Part shown: positions 1-8,129 of the stretch, one piece after another
Position numbering within the stretch: the first letter of the stretch is position 1
How the letters are laid out: every line of letters starts with the position of its first letter
NCBI GenBank assembly: GCA_051869975.1
Contig: JBJEBK010000061.1
Span: 36,461-100,460 of the forward strand
Reading direction: 5' to 3'
From: Candidatus Cryptobacteroides sp.
Lineage (GTDB): Bacteria > Bacteroidota > Bacteroidia > Bacteroidales > UBA932
DNA: 64,000 nucleotides
Notes under the pieces: generated by a model
Seen by the model: only the letters and a program-made list of their open reading frames with translations
What the model was told of the DNA's origin: nothing
Database searches by the model: none
Program-made: the position numbers and the translations under genes

Positions 1-2088
1 CTCCACCTGGGCGCGGGACATTGACCTGATCACAGGGTCCTGAAGCACAGCGGCGAGGTCGGCAGTGATATGCTCACCCTTGTAGGCAGCGCCATCTTCG
101 CGGAGAGAATCGTGCCCGAGGCCCACTGAGATGCGGCCGCGGCCGAGATCGGACGGGTCAGGGATATAGCGAGGGTCGTCATAGGAGTTCGGTGCGCTGA
201 CCCGTCCGGAAACGCCGCGGCCGCCCCGACCTGAACTGCCGGAGCCAAGCGCATAGCCCCCAACACCGGAACCATCTCCGGAACGCGCACCGCCCAACTC
301 GCCGGCAAGCACATTGTGCTTCACGGCCACCTGGGTCGGGGTGATATGGTTCAACTCATTGTATTCTATCTGCTTGCGGCGCCTGCGGTTGGTCTCGCGA
401 ATGGTAGCTTCCATAGAAGGGGTAATCTTGTCCGCGTACATAATCACCAGGCCGTTCACATTGCGTGCAGCCCTTCCCGCCGTCTGGGTCAGCGCCCTTT
501 CGGTACGAAGGAAACCCTCCTTGTCAGCATCCAGGATGGCCACCAGCGACACTGACGGGATATCCAGACCCTCGCGAAGCAGGTTCACACCAATCAGCAC
601 ATCGAACAGCCCGTTCTTGAAATCCTCGATAATCTCCACTCTCTCCGTGGTATCGATATCCGAATGTATATAGCGGCAGCGCACACCTATCCCAGCGAGG
701 TATTTGTCCAACTCCTCCGCCATCCTCTTGGTCAGGGTAGTCACCAGCACCCTCTCGTCAGTCTCTGCGCGTTTGCGTATTTCCTCGATAAGGTCATCCA
801 CCTGATTCTCTACCGGACGCACCTCAATCGGAGGGTCCAGCAGACCGGTCGGACGCACCACCTGCTCCACCACAAGACCCTCGCTCTTCTGCAGTTCATA
901 GTCCGCTGGCGTTGCGCTGACATATACCTTCTGCCCAGTTATCTGCTCGAACTCATCGAAAGTAAGCGGACGGTTGTCGGAAGCGGCAGGCAGACGGAAG
1001 CCGTATTCTATAAGTATTTCCTTGCGGCTGTGGTCCCCGCCGAACATCGCATGAATCTGAGGCAGTGTCACGTGCGACTCGTCAATGAAAGTGATGAAGT
1101 CCTTCGGGAAATAGTCAATCAGGCAGAATGGTCTCTGCCCCGGCTGGCGGCCGTCAAAATAGCGGCTGTAATTTTCTATGCCAGGGCAATATCCCAGTTC
1201 CTTTATCATCTCCAGGTCATTCTCTACCCTCTGCTGCAGGCGTTTGGCCTCAAGGGGCTTGCCTACCGATTCGAACCAGTTTATCTGCTGATAGAGGTCA
1301 TCCTGGATATGGCTCACCGCGGCTGCGCTCCTCTCCTTGGTGGTCACGAAATTATTGGCGGGGTAAATGGAAATCTCCTCTATGCTTTCCAGAGCGGCAC
1401 CGCTCTGGGGCTCTATCACCGTGAGGCTGTCGATTTCATCCCCGAAGAAATCTATGCGCACCGCATTGTCCGCTCCGCTCAGGTACACATCCACAGTGCT
1501 GCCCTTGGTGCGGAAGCAGCCGCGTGTAAATTCCCCTTCCGTGCGGTTGTACAGCGCATCCACCAGCTTATAGAGCAGCGAAGTCTGGGAAATTGTCTGC
1601 CCTACCCTCAGGTTGACTGTCTGTGCGTGAAAGTCCTCTGGGTTGCCGATGCCGTAAAGGCAGCTCACCGAACTGATGACAATCACATCCCTGCGCCCGC
1701 TGAGCAGTGCACTCGCAGCCGAAAGGCGCAGCTTCTCTATCTGGTCGTTGATTGAAAGGTCCTTCTCAATATAAGTATCGGTAGTCGGAAGATAGGCCTC
1801 CGGCTGATAGTAATCGTAGTATGATACGAAATACTCCACCGCATTCTCGGGAAAGAAGGACTTGAACTCCCCGTAGAGCTGGGCGGCAAGGGTCTTGTTG
1901 TGGCTGAGAATAAGAGCAGGTCTCTGCTGTTTCTCAATCACATTGGCCATAGTAAAGGTTTTGCCGGAGCCTGTCACTCCAAGCAGAGTGACATCTCTGA
2001 CACCGGCATCGAGGGCCTGGACCAGCTGCGCAATGGCCTCCGGCTGGTCTCCGGAAGGCTTATATCGGGAGTCGAGCTTAAACTTCAA
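1..2088 (-). CDS. uvrB: excinuclease ABC subunit B (UvrB); C-terminal end runs off the window
   Basis: Absent from the ORF track because no stop codon lies in the window. My reverse-complement translation from 2088 gives (M)KFKLDSRYKPSGDQPEAIAQLVQALDAG. Positions 1980-1921 give the Walker A motif GVTGSGKTFTMANVIEKQQR. The long + ORF 664..1755 is its antisense shadow. There is no N-terminal ATG; TTG at 2086-2088 is the best start guess. Confidence 0.9.
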   Translation of the reverse strand, partial: MKFKLDSRYKPSGDQPEAIAQLVQALDAGVRDVTLLGVTGSGKTFTMANVIEKQQRPALILSHNKTLAAQLYGEFKSFFPENAVEYFVSYYDYYQPEAYLPTTDTYIEKDLSINDQIEKLRLSAASALLSGRRDVIVISSVSCLYGIGNPEDFHAQTVNLRVGQTISQTSLLYKLVDALYNRTEGEFTRGCFRTKGSTVDVYLSGADNAVRIDFFGDEIDSLTVIEPQSGAALESIEEISIYPANNFVTTKERSAAAVSHIQDDLYQQINWFESVGKPLEAKRLQQRVENDLEMIKELGYCPGIENYSRYFDGRQPGQRPFCLIDYFPKDFITFIDESHVTLPQIHAMFGGDHSRKEILIEYGFRLPAASDNRPLTFDEFEQITGQKVYVSATPADYELQKSEGLVVEQVVRPTGLLDPPIEVRPVENQVDDLIEEIRKRAETDERVLVTTLTKRMAEELDKYLAGIGVRCRYIHSDIDTTERVEIIEDFKNGLFDVLIGVNLLREGLDIPSVSLVAILDADKEGFLRTERALTQTAGRAARNVNGLVIMYADKITPSMEATIRETNRRRRKQIEYNELNHITPTQVAVKHNVLAGELGGARSGDGSGVGGYALGSGSSGRGGRGVSGRVSAPNSYDDPRYIPDPSDLGRGRISVGLGHDSLREDGAAYKGEHITADLAAVLQDPVIRSMSRAQVE

Positions 2089-2190
2089 GATTTCTTCAAT
2101 TTTTATGCGCTGCAAAGATACGAAAAACGGGGGCAATTCGGACATTTGGCCAAAACGCAATTTACACCCCCCCCCATAATTCTGCGCTTT

Positions 2191-2292
2191 CGCTTGATTT
2201 TCTGCCTGAAAAGCAATTTTAACCCCTGTATTTTGCGCTTTTGCCTGATTGTCTGCCTGAAAAGCAATTTTAACCCCTGTATTTTGCGCTTT
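2191..2292 (+). repeat. R1 intergenic repeat: 51-bp unit x2 in tandem, with degenerate copies on both sides (about 2145-2340)
   Basis: An identical 40-mer, ctgcctgaaaagcaattttaacccctgtattttgcgcttt, occurs at 2202-2241 and 2253-2292. Related units occur at 40289-40375 and, inverted, at 49500-49585. Confidence 0.9.
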
Positions 2293-2345
2293 GACAGGTT
2301 TTTAGTTCCTGAAAGCAAAAAACACCCCATATTTTTGCTTTCTAC

Positions 2346-2420
2346 TTTCCCGATGTTACAGATGAGGAGGGAATAATGTGTGAGAGGGTGGTTTTGCTCC
2401 TGATGTAACACATTAGGAAA
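2346..2420 (+). repeat. R2 intergenic hairpin repeat (about 75 bp), copy 1
   Basis: tttcccgatgttacagatgaggag...gctcctgatgtaacacattaggaaa. The two arms are imperfect inverted repeats. Paralogous copies lie at 2463-2537, 5422-5497 and 49418-49486 (inverted). Part-copies lie at 40381-40442 and about 47186-47215. Confidence 0.85.
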
Positions 2421-2462
2421 TATTGGATGTGCCATAGAGTGCAGTGTGGGACAGGTTGGCGT

Positions 2463-2537
2463 TTTCCCGATGTTACAGATGAGGAGCGAATAGTGTGTGG
2501 GAGGGCGATTTTCGGACTGATGTGACACATTGGGAAA
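2463..2537 (+). repeat. R2 intergenic hairpin repeat, copy 2
   Basis: Aligns end to end with 2346-2420 and 5422-5497 (tttcccgatgttacagatgaggagcgaatagtgtgtgggagggcgattttcggactgatgtgacacattgggaaa). Confidence 0.85.
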
Positions 2538-2736
2538 ACGAAGATGGATACAAATGGAGCAGGGAGGTGGGGCAGAGTGAGCCAGGCAAGCATTTTGTGT
2601 TTCGCAGATATGGGGTACTGTCATTGAAAATGTGTATGTTTGCATGTGATGCTGGTACCGGACATTGATGCCGGTATTGATGCCGGTATTGGTGCCAATA
2701 TGGTTTTTCGATTGTAATCCGAAAACTGAGTATATT

Positions 2737-3453
2737 ATGAGTTTGTACGAATTGATGCTCGCAAAGCAGGACCCGGGGCAGGTGGAGGGGTTGTCGAGGT
2801 TTTTCAAGTGTGGCCCCGGACAGTATGGAGAAGGGGATAAATTCTTGGGAATTAAGGTGCCGGTTACCCGTGAGGTCGTCAAGTCCTGCTGGAGGGAAAC
2901 CGGTTTTGCAGAATTGAAAAGGTGCATATCCAGCGAGTATCACGAAGTGAGGCTCGCGGCTCTTCTCACCCTTGTGGAAATCTTCAGACATGCCGGCAAG
3001 AACGACGGATTGAAAGAGCACTGTGTAGAGTTTTATCTGGCGCATGCCGCCTATATCAACAACTGGGATTTGGTTGACCTGAGTTGTTATCCTCTTCTGG
3101 GACAGTGGCTTATGGACAAAGACCGCAGCCTTCTGTATGAACTTGCGCGCAGCGGTGCCACGATTTGGGAAAGGCGCATCGGCATTGTCAGCACTATGAC
3201 TTTCATCAGGGCCGGGCAGTTGGATGACACTTATGCTATTGCCCAAATCTTTCTGGAACCATCTTCACAGCCACTTCACGACCTGCTTCAGAAAGCTGTC
3301 GGCTGGCTCTTGCGGGAGGCCGGGAAACGCGATGCCGCCCGGCTGGAAGACTGGCTGGAAGAGCGTGCTGCCTCAATGCCGCGCACTATGCTCCGCTACG
3401 CCATAGAAAAATTCCCGGAGCATAAGCGCCGGGAATTCCTGGAATGCCGCTGA
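2737..3453 (+). CDS. DNA alkylation repair protein (AlkD-like HEAT-repeat family)
   Basis: ORF 2665..3453. I chose the internal Met at 2737 (MSLYELMLAKQD) because the first 24 codons lie in 12-bp tandem repeats (attgatgccggt x3). Family-like signature: FFKCGPGQYGEGDKFLGIKVPVTREV...YHEVRLAALLTL. Confidence 0.8.
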   Translation: MSLYELMLAKQDPGQVEGLSRFFKCGPGQYGEGDKFLGIKVPVTREVVKSCWRETGFAELKRCISSEYHEVRLAALLTLVEIFRHAGKNDGLKEHCVEFYLAHAAYINNWDLVDLSCYPLLGQWLMDKDRSLLYELARSGATIWERRIGIVSTMTFIRAGQLDDTYAIAQIFLEPSSQPLHDLLQKAVGWLLREAGKRDAARLEDWLEERAASMPRTMLRYAIEKFPEHKRREFLECR

Positions 3454-3499
3454 GTGCTATTCTTCCTTGCAGAGCTGTGCAAACTTCTGAAAATATTTG

Positions 3500-3507
3500 T
3501 ATCTTTG
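3500..3507 (+). promoter_or_regulatory. Bacteroidetes -7 box (TATCTTTG) upstream of the HipB-like gene
   Basis: Matches the TAnnTTTG consensus. It lies in an AT-rich spacer 71 nt upstream of the 3578 ATG. Confidence 0.4.
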
Positions 3508-3577
3508 CGCTCGTAGATATAACTAAAATTAAAGTTAACCTGTATTTTTAGTGATAAATTATATTATAGTATAAATA

Positions 3578-3886
3578 ATGTTTGACTACTACGAATATTC
3601 CATTCCTGAGTTAATCAAGATTCTCGGAGCAAGGTTCAAGGATTACCGTCTGCGTAGCAATATGACGCAGAAGGAGGTCTCTGAGCAGTCGGGTATTACC
3701 ATTACCACAATCCATAAGTTTGAGAATGGTACAGGAGGAAACCTGTCGTTGGGTACATTTATCCTGCTGATGAAGGCAATTGGAAGACTCGATGCCATTG
3801 ACGGACTCCTGCCCGAACTGCCCCCATCAGCTTATCTGGTAAAGGAAGAAAAGAAAGTTCAACGCATCAGACATAAGAAAGTATGA
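3578..3886 (+). CDS. XRE-family HTH protein, HipB-like antitoxin
   Basis: 102 aa with HTH core MTQKEVSEQSGITITTIHKFENG. It has an ATGA 4-nt overlap with the downstream HipA-family gene. Confidence 0.75.
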   Translation: MFDYYEYSIPELIKILGARFKDYRLRSNMTQKEVSEQSGITITTIHKFENGTGGNLSLGTFILLMKAIGRLDAIDGLLPELPPSAYLVKEEKKVQRIRHKKV

Positions 3887-5379
3887 TAACAAGTGCGCTG
3901 AAAATATTATTGTGGGATAAGGAAATTGGCCGCTTGTCCTGGGATGCAAGAAGAGGAATTTCATACTTTGAATTCAATCCGGCTCTTCCGGGAGGAGATC
4001 TTGACCCGTTTCCCATCATCGCGTCTGTCAAATCTCCATCCAGCCGACTTCCCATTATGGGAGCCAGGGAGAATAAGATTTATCGCAAACTTCCTCCGTT
4101 TCTGGCTGACTCCCTGCCAGATGCCTGGGGCAATCAGGTATTTGAATGCTGGAGAATTCAGAATGGAATTAAGAATCAGGAAATTACACCGCTTGATATC
4201 CTTTCGTTCATAGGCAAGCGGGGAATGGGTGCTCTGGAGTTCGAACCGGCATCTTCGGGCCTGAAGGAATCTGAGCAGCTCAATCTGAAGGCCCTGACCG
4301 ATTTGGCACAGCGGATTTACGCGGAGCGTGAGAATGTAAGTATCAGTTCCGAAGAATCGCTGACACTTCGATCATTGATTGCCGTTGGTACCTCTGCTGG
4401 AGGCCGCCAGCCGAAAGCCATCATTGCAATCAATCCGGATACGGGAGAAATTAGAAGCGGGCAGATAGCAGGTCGGGATGGCTTTGAATATTGCATACTG
4501 AAGTTCGGAGATCCTGAGCGTTCGTCTGCCGAGTTGGAGATGGCATATTCCAAGATGGCAGCTGCTGCCGGAATTGATATGATGCCTTGCAGATTGATAG
4601 AAGCAGAAGGACAGACCCATTTCATCACCCGTCGGTTTGACCGTGACGGTTCGCATAAACTGCATATGCAGACTTTGGCTGCCCTGTACCCGGATGCGGA
4701 CAGTTATGAAAAGTTGCTGATGGTATGCCGCAAGATGCGTTTGCCGGAATCTTCCCAGGAAGAGGTTTTCCGCCGAATGGTCTTCAATATCCTGGCTAAC
4801 AATACCGATGACCACAACAAGAATTTCTCCTTCCTGATGGACGAAAACGGTCGCTGGAGGCTCTCTCCTGCTTACGACTTGACATATATCTTCAATGTCG
4901 GAGGTTTCCTTCCGGAAAGAATACATTGTCTTATGATGCAGGGCAAACTGCAAGGTCATACAATTGAGGATGCTTTGGTATTGGCCAGGGACAATGGCAT
5001 ACGGAAGGCGGCCCGAATCATAGAGGAAGTTGCCTCTGCCATATCCCGTTTCCGCTCATTTGCGGAGGAATGCGGCGTGAAGCAACGCTGGATAAACTCT
5101 GTTGAGCAATGCCTCAATGAGCATCTGATGGATTGGGGCCAGCTTCCAAATGAACAGCAACCGGTTTCTTTCAGGATAGGGGAGACCTTATACGAGAACG
5201 TCAGAGTAGAGCGGACATATAAAGGCAATTATCATCTTCTGTGTACTGTCAATGGCAAGCAAGTGAAGTATGTCATCTCCAAAAACAGAAATGAATATGC
5301 CGAGATAGAACGCATTGGCTGCAACCACCTTACACAGGAGTATTTGCGCTCATTGGTTGAATCCTGTCTGGCGAAGTGA
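3883..5379 (+). CDS. hipA: HipA-family serine/threonine kinase toxin with an extra C-terminal segment of about 75 aa
   Basis: N-terminal HipA coupling region (LPPFLADSLPDAWGNQVFE), kinase core GTSAGGRQPKAIIAI and catalytic loop NNTDDHNKNFSFLM. The kinase-like part ends near aa 420 of 498. Confidence 0.85.
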   Translation: MITSALKILLWDKEIGRLSWDARRGISYFEFNPALPGGDLDPFPIIASVKSPSSRLPIMGARENKIYRKLPPFLADSLPDAWGNQVFECWRIQNGIKNQEITPLDILSFIGKRGMGALEFEPASSGLKESEQLNLKALTDLAQRIYAERENVSISSEESLTLRSLIAVGTSAGGRQPKAIIAINPDTGEIRSGQIAGRDGFEYCILKFGDPERSSAELEMAYSKMAAAAGIDMMPCRLIEAEGQTHFITRRFDRDGSHKLHMQTLAALYPDADSYEKLLMVCRKMRLPESSQEEVFRRMVFNILANNTDDHNKNFSFLMDENGRWRLSPAYDLTYIFNVGGFLPERIHCLMMQGKLQGHTIEDALVLARDNGIRKAARIIEEVASAISRFRSFAEECGVKQRWINSVEQCLNEHLMDWGQLPNEQQPVSFRIGETLYENVRVERTYKGNYHLLCTVNGKQVKYVISKNRNEYAEIERIGCNHLTQEYLRSLVESCLAK

Positions 5380-5421
5380 TTCCGTTGCATTTCGGTATTA
5401 TTTTCGTGATATTTGCACTCC

Positions 5422-5497
5422 TTTCCCGATGTGTCGGATGAGGAGCGAAAAGTGTGTGGGAGAGCGATTTTGCTCCTGATGTGACACATTGGGGAAA
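5422..5497 (+). repeat. R2 intergenic hairpin repeat, copy 3
   Basis: tttcccgatgtgtcggatgaggagcgaaaagtgtgtgggagagcgattttgctcctgatgtgacacattggggaaa. Collinear with the copies at 2346 and 2463. Confidence 0.85.
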
Positions 5498-5522
5498 CGA
5501 TAGTACTGCCCGATGGCCGATT

Positions 5523-5610
5523 CCGTACAGGAAAAGGGATTCTGGTGTACAAACAGGGTGGTAAATAGCGGTTCGTACAAGAGAGGGTTTTCTGGTGTAC
5601 AAACAGGGTG
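5523..5610 (-). repeat. R3 repeat (about 40-bp unit, GTACA...TGTAC mini-hairpin) x2
   Basis: ttctggtgtacaaacagggtg occurs at 5541 and 5591. The same unit appears at 15690-15730, 17968-18006 and 18018-18057. Confidence 0.75.
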
Positions 5611-5618
5611 AGTTGAGG

Positions 5619-5655
5619 AAAAATGCGATAGAGGATGACCTTGCGGTCACCCTCT
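5619..5655 (-). terminator. hairpin plus T-run downstream of tRNA-Asn
   Basis: The minus strand reads AGAGGGTGACC-gcaa-GGTCATCCTCT (11-bp stem, 1 mismatch) followed by atcgcattttt. Confidence 0.55.
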
Positions 5656-5661
5656 TTGCTG

Positions 5662-5735
5662 CTCCCCCTCGGGGACTTGAACCCAGGACCCCCTGATTAA
5701 CAGTCAGGTGCTCTAACCAACTGAGCTAAGGAGGA
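5662..5735 (-). tRNA. tRNA-Asn (anticodon GTT)
   Basis: The reverse complement folds as a cloverleaf. Acceptor is TCCTCCT/AGGGGGA. Anticodon arm is CCTGA-CTGTTAA-TCAGG. T-loop is TTCAAGT, with one U-C mismatch in the T-stem. Confidence 0.85.
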
Positions 5736-5759
5736 ATGTTTACCCGTCAAACGGGATTG

Positions 5760-5767
5760 CAAATGTA
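5760..5767 (-). promoter_or_regulatory. -7 box (TACATTTG) for tRNA-Asn
   Basis: TAnnTTTG match on the minus strand, about 25 nt upstream of the tRNA 5' end. Confidence 0.45.
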
Positions 5768-5811
5768 GTACATTTTTTTTGTTCTGCAAACGATTTTCTC
5801 ATTTTTTTCAA

Positions 5812-5819
5812 TATCTTTG
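5812..5819 (+). promoter_or_regulatory. -7 box (TATCTTTG) for the HU-like gene
   Basis: TAnnTTTG match, 42 nt upstream of the 5861 ATG. Confidence 0.45.
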
Positions 5820-5860
5820 CTTTTGAGGCTTCGCGAAGGATGCGAAGTGACATTTTGCCT

Positions 5861-6682
5861 ATGGATATCCAGCAACTCTCAACAATGGTGAGAGACCTTG
5901 TTCTGCAACAGGACAAGGTCGTGGTACCGGGACTCGGAGTATTCAGCGCCGAGCTTGTCCCGGCATCTTTTTCCGACAGGGGATACACCCTCAATCCGCC
6001 TTACAGAAAGCTGAGTTTCGAAGCGGAAAACCCTTCAACAGCTTCTCAGCAGGAGGATTCCCGAAATATCATCAAGGCAGATGCGGCTCAACTCCAGCAG
6101 TGTGTAGCCGATTTGCGCACCGAACTTCAGTCCAGCAAATGCGTGGAGCTTCCGCTTCTCGGCAAACTCCGTCTTACCACTTCGGGCGAACTGTATTTCA
6201 TTGCTGACCCGGACCTTGATATCTATCCGGATGCCTTCGGGCTCCACCCGGTGTCTATGAAAAATCACGAGCCGCAAATCTCCGATGCCGATCTTTCGGC
6301 TCTCGATGTTGATACTCCGATGATAGAACCGGCACAGCAGCCGGAAGCACCGCAGCCGGAAGCACCGCAGCCTGAGGACCTGAAACCGGCACAGCAGCCG
6401 GTCCCGCGACCGGACGAAGAACAGCCTGTCGCCCCGGCCCCGCAAACCCCGGTCACAGTATCGCAAGCCACGGCTGAAGCCCCTCAAACCCCAATCTCAG
6501 AAGAAAACACAATGACAGAAGAGAATACAAAGAAGAAGCATCCTGCACTCAAAGTGATAGGAATAGTCATCCTCGTGCTGATGGTAGCAATGATAGCCTT
6601 CAGGCTCCTTGCCCTCATCGCCCCGGACTTCATCGACTCCATACTCTATACAGAAGAAGAACTCAGACTTCTCGGCAAGTAA
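5861..6682 (+). CDS. HU-fold (CCDC81-like bacterial HU domain) protein with a Pro-rich linker and C-terminal TM helix
   Basis: MDIQQLSTMVRDLVLQQDKVVVPGLGVFSAELVPASF, plus a second similar module (CVELPLLGKLRLTTSGELYF). PEAPQPEAPQPE repeats and a TM helix VIGIVILVLMVAMIAF. The alternative start at 5840 lies inside a leader hairpin. Confidence 0.6.
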   Translation: MDIQQLSTMVRDLVLQQDKVVVPGLGVFSAELVPASFSDRGYTLNPPYRKLSFEAENPSTASQQEDSRNIIKADAAQLQQCVADLRTELQSSKCVELPLLGKLRLTTSGELYFIADPDLDIYPDAFGLHPVSMKNHEPQISDADLSALDVDTPMIEPAQQPEAPQPEAPQPEDLKPAQQPVPRPDEEQPVAPAPQTPVTVSQATAEAPQTPISEENTMTEENTKKKHPALKVIGIVILVLMVAMIAFRLLALIAPDFIDSILYTEEELRLLGK

Positions 6683-6695
6683 GTCACCCTACCCA

Positions 6696-8129
6696 ATGGA
6701 CGAACTCCACAAATTCATCCAGGACCAGCTATCGGTCTGGCCTCTCGCATCCTCGAACTTCCGTTCGCTCAAGGCAGCGCAAACACGCAGTCTGGATGTG
6801 GGCTGCCTTCACTGCACAGCGCAGCATAACCCTTGCCGGATAGGCTCCACCACTGCCAAGGTCGATGAAGCCTCCATCGCCGCAAGGCCTTGCTTTCTGT
6901 GCCCGTCCAACCGTCAGCCTGAGCAGTTCCATATCAAATTCGAAGGCCGCAAGGGCAGACGCTACAATGTTCAGGTAAACCCTTACCCTATATTCCCAAG
7001 CCACCTTGTGATTGCAAGGGATGTGCACGTGCCCCAGTCCATATGGCACAACTTCGTGGATATGATGGACTTCGCCCGCAAATACCCGGACTTCCTCGTA
7101 TTCTACAACGGTCCGTTTAGCGGAGCATCCGCACCGGACCATATGCACTATCAGGCCATTCCTAGCGGTCTGCTCCCCCTGCAGAACGCTGTCGATGAGT
7201 TTCTCGACAATCCGGGCGAGCAGCCGCTGACCACCGGCCAGGATGCGAAGCTCTACCATTTCACAGGCTTCTGCCGTGGAGTATATGCCCTCAAGGCCGA
7301 TACCCCCAAGTCCCTCGCGAAGCTGTTCTACCGCCTGGTGGACTGCTCCCCTATGGTGGATGGCGAGCCGGAGCCGAGGCTCAATATGTTCGCATATGTG
7401 CGCAAGGGGGAATACCGCTGCTTCGTCGTGATGCGCCATCAGATACGCTCGCACCATTACTTCAGCAGCGGGGAAGACCATCTGACTATGACTCCCGGAG
7501 CTGCGGATATCGCAGGCTTTTTCGTATGTCCGAGGGAGGACGATTTCCATAAGCTCACCCCTCAGTTGCTGAGCGAAATGCTCGATGAGGTGTGCATCAC
7601 TCCGGAAGACGAGCGTATGGTGTCCTGGCGTCTCAACCGCACCCAGCCTATGCTTGATGTGCCTATCAAATATGGCGACAGCATAGACTTTGAAATAATC
7701 TCCGACGGGGCCGGTCCCCAGAGGGTAAGCATCAGGGAAGGAAAAATAGATTACGGCGGTGTCCTCTACGACGAACTGTACTTCGACAGTGTGACCAGAA
7801 GCACCGCTTTTGCTACCGCTTCATTCATCATTCCGGGCCCTCAGCCCCTGTGCTATGCGGGATCGCTGAAGTTCGATATCGATAATGGCACGATTCGTGC
7901 TATAAATCACATCGGAATAGAGAATTACCTTTTGAGCATCCTCTCCGAGAACATTCCTGAAGGAACAGATTTTGAAACCGTCAAGGCCAAGGCCATTGAA
8001 GCCAGAACCGCCCTGATGAATGATACTAACAATTGCCTTCCATACAAAGGCTTGACCATTGGAATTACTAACCCTGTCCGAAAGGCGATAGACCTCACCT
8101 GGGGGACAACAAAAACCGACACATTATGA
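6696..8129 (+). CDS. DUF4922-like (HIT / GDP-L-galactose phosphorylase-like) domain fused to a short SpoIID/LytB-like C-terminal segment
   Basis: Start moved to MDELHKFIQDQLSVWPLA. N-terminal signatures: NPCRIGSTTAKVD..RPCFLCPSNR, NPYPIFPSHLVIA, YNGPFSGASAPDHMHYQA. C-terminus has IENYLLSILSENIP..VKAKAIEARTAL, resembling the SpoIID core but far shorter. Confidence 0.6.
   Translation: MDELHKFIQDQLSVWPLASSNFRSLKAAQTRSLDVGCLHCTAQHNPCRIGSTTAKVDEASIAARPCFLCPSNRQPEQFHIKFEGRKGRRYNVQVNPYPIFPSHLVIARDVHVPQSIWHNFVDMMDFARKYPDFLVFYNGPFSGASAPDHMHYQAIPSGLLPLQNAVDEFLDNPGEQPLTTGQDAKLYHFTGFCRGVYALKADTPKSLAKLFYRLVDCSPMVDGEPEPRLNMFAYVRKGEYRCFVVMRHQIRSHHYFSSGEDHLTMTPGAADIAGFFVCPREDDFHKLTPQLLSEMLDEVCITPEDERMVSWRLNRTQPMLDVPIKYGDSIDFEIISDGAGPQRVSIREGKIDYGGVLYDELYFDSVTRSTAFATASFIIPGPQPLCYAGSLKFDIDNGTIRAINHIGIENYLLSILSENIPEGTDFETVKAKAIEARTALMNDTNNCLPYKGLTIGITNPVRKAIDLTWGTTKTDTL

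Noticed and set aside
664-1755. A 363-aa + strand ORF, and similar long ORFs opposite real genes: 12997..14016, 25717..26640, 39225..40313, 43568..45286, 54620..55789 and 61080..62390.
   Set aside because: Each lies antisense to a gene with unmistakable conserved motifs (uvrB, fumarase/prfB, ABC ATPase, rlmN, metH, the DUF4876-like gene and the S46 peptidase). Their translations are low-information His/Arg/Leu/Val-rich strings typical of shadow ORFs in GC-rich coding DNA.
2103-3246. Minus-strand ORFs 2103..2927 and 2473..3246, and the extended 2665 start of the AlkD-like gene.
   Set aside because: They traverse the R1/R2 repeat field and the 12-bp tandem repeats, or lie antisense to the AlkD-like gene. 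No domain-like sequence is present.
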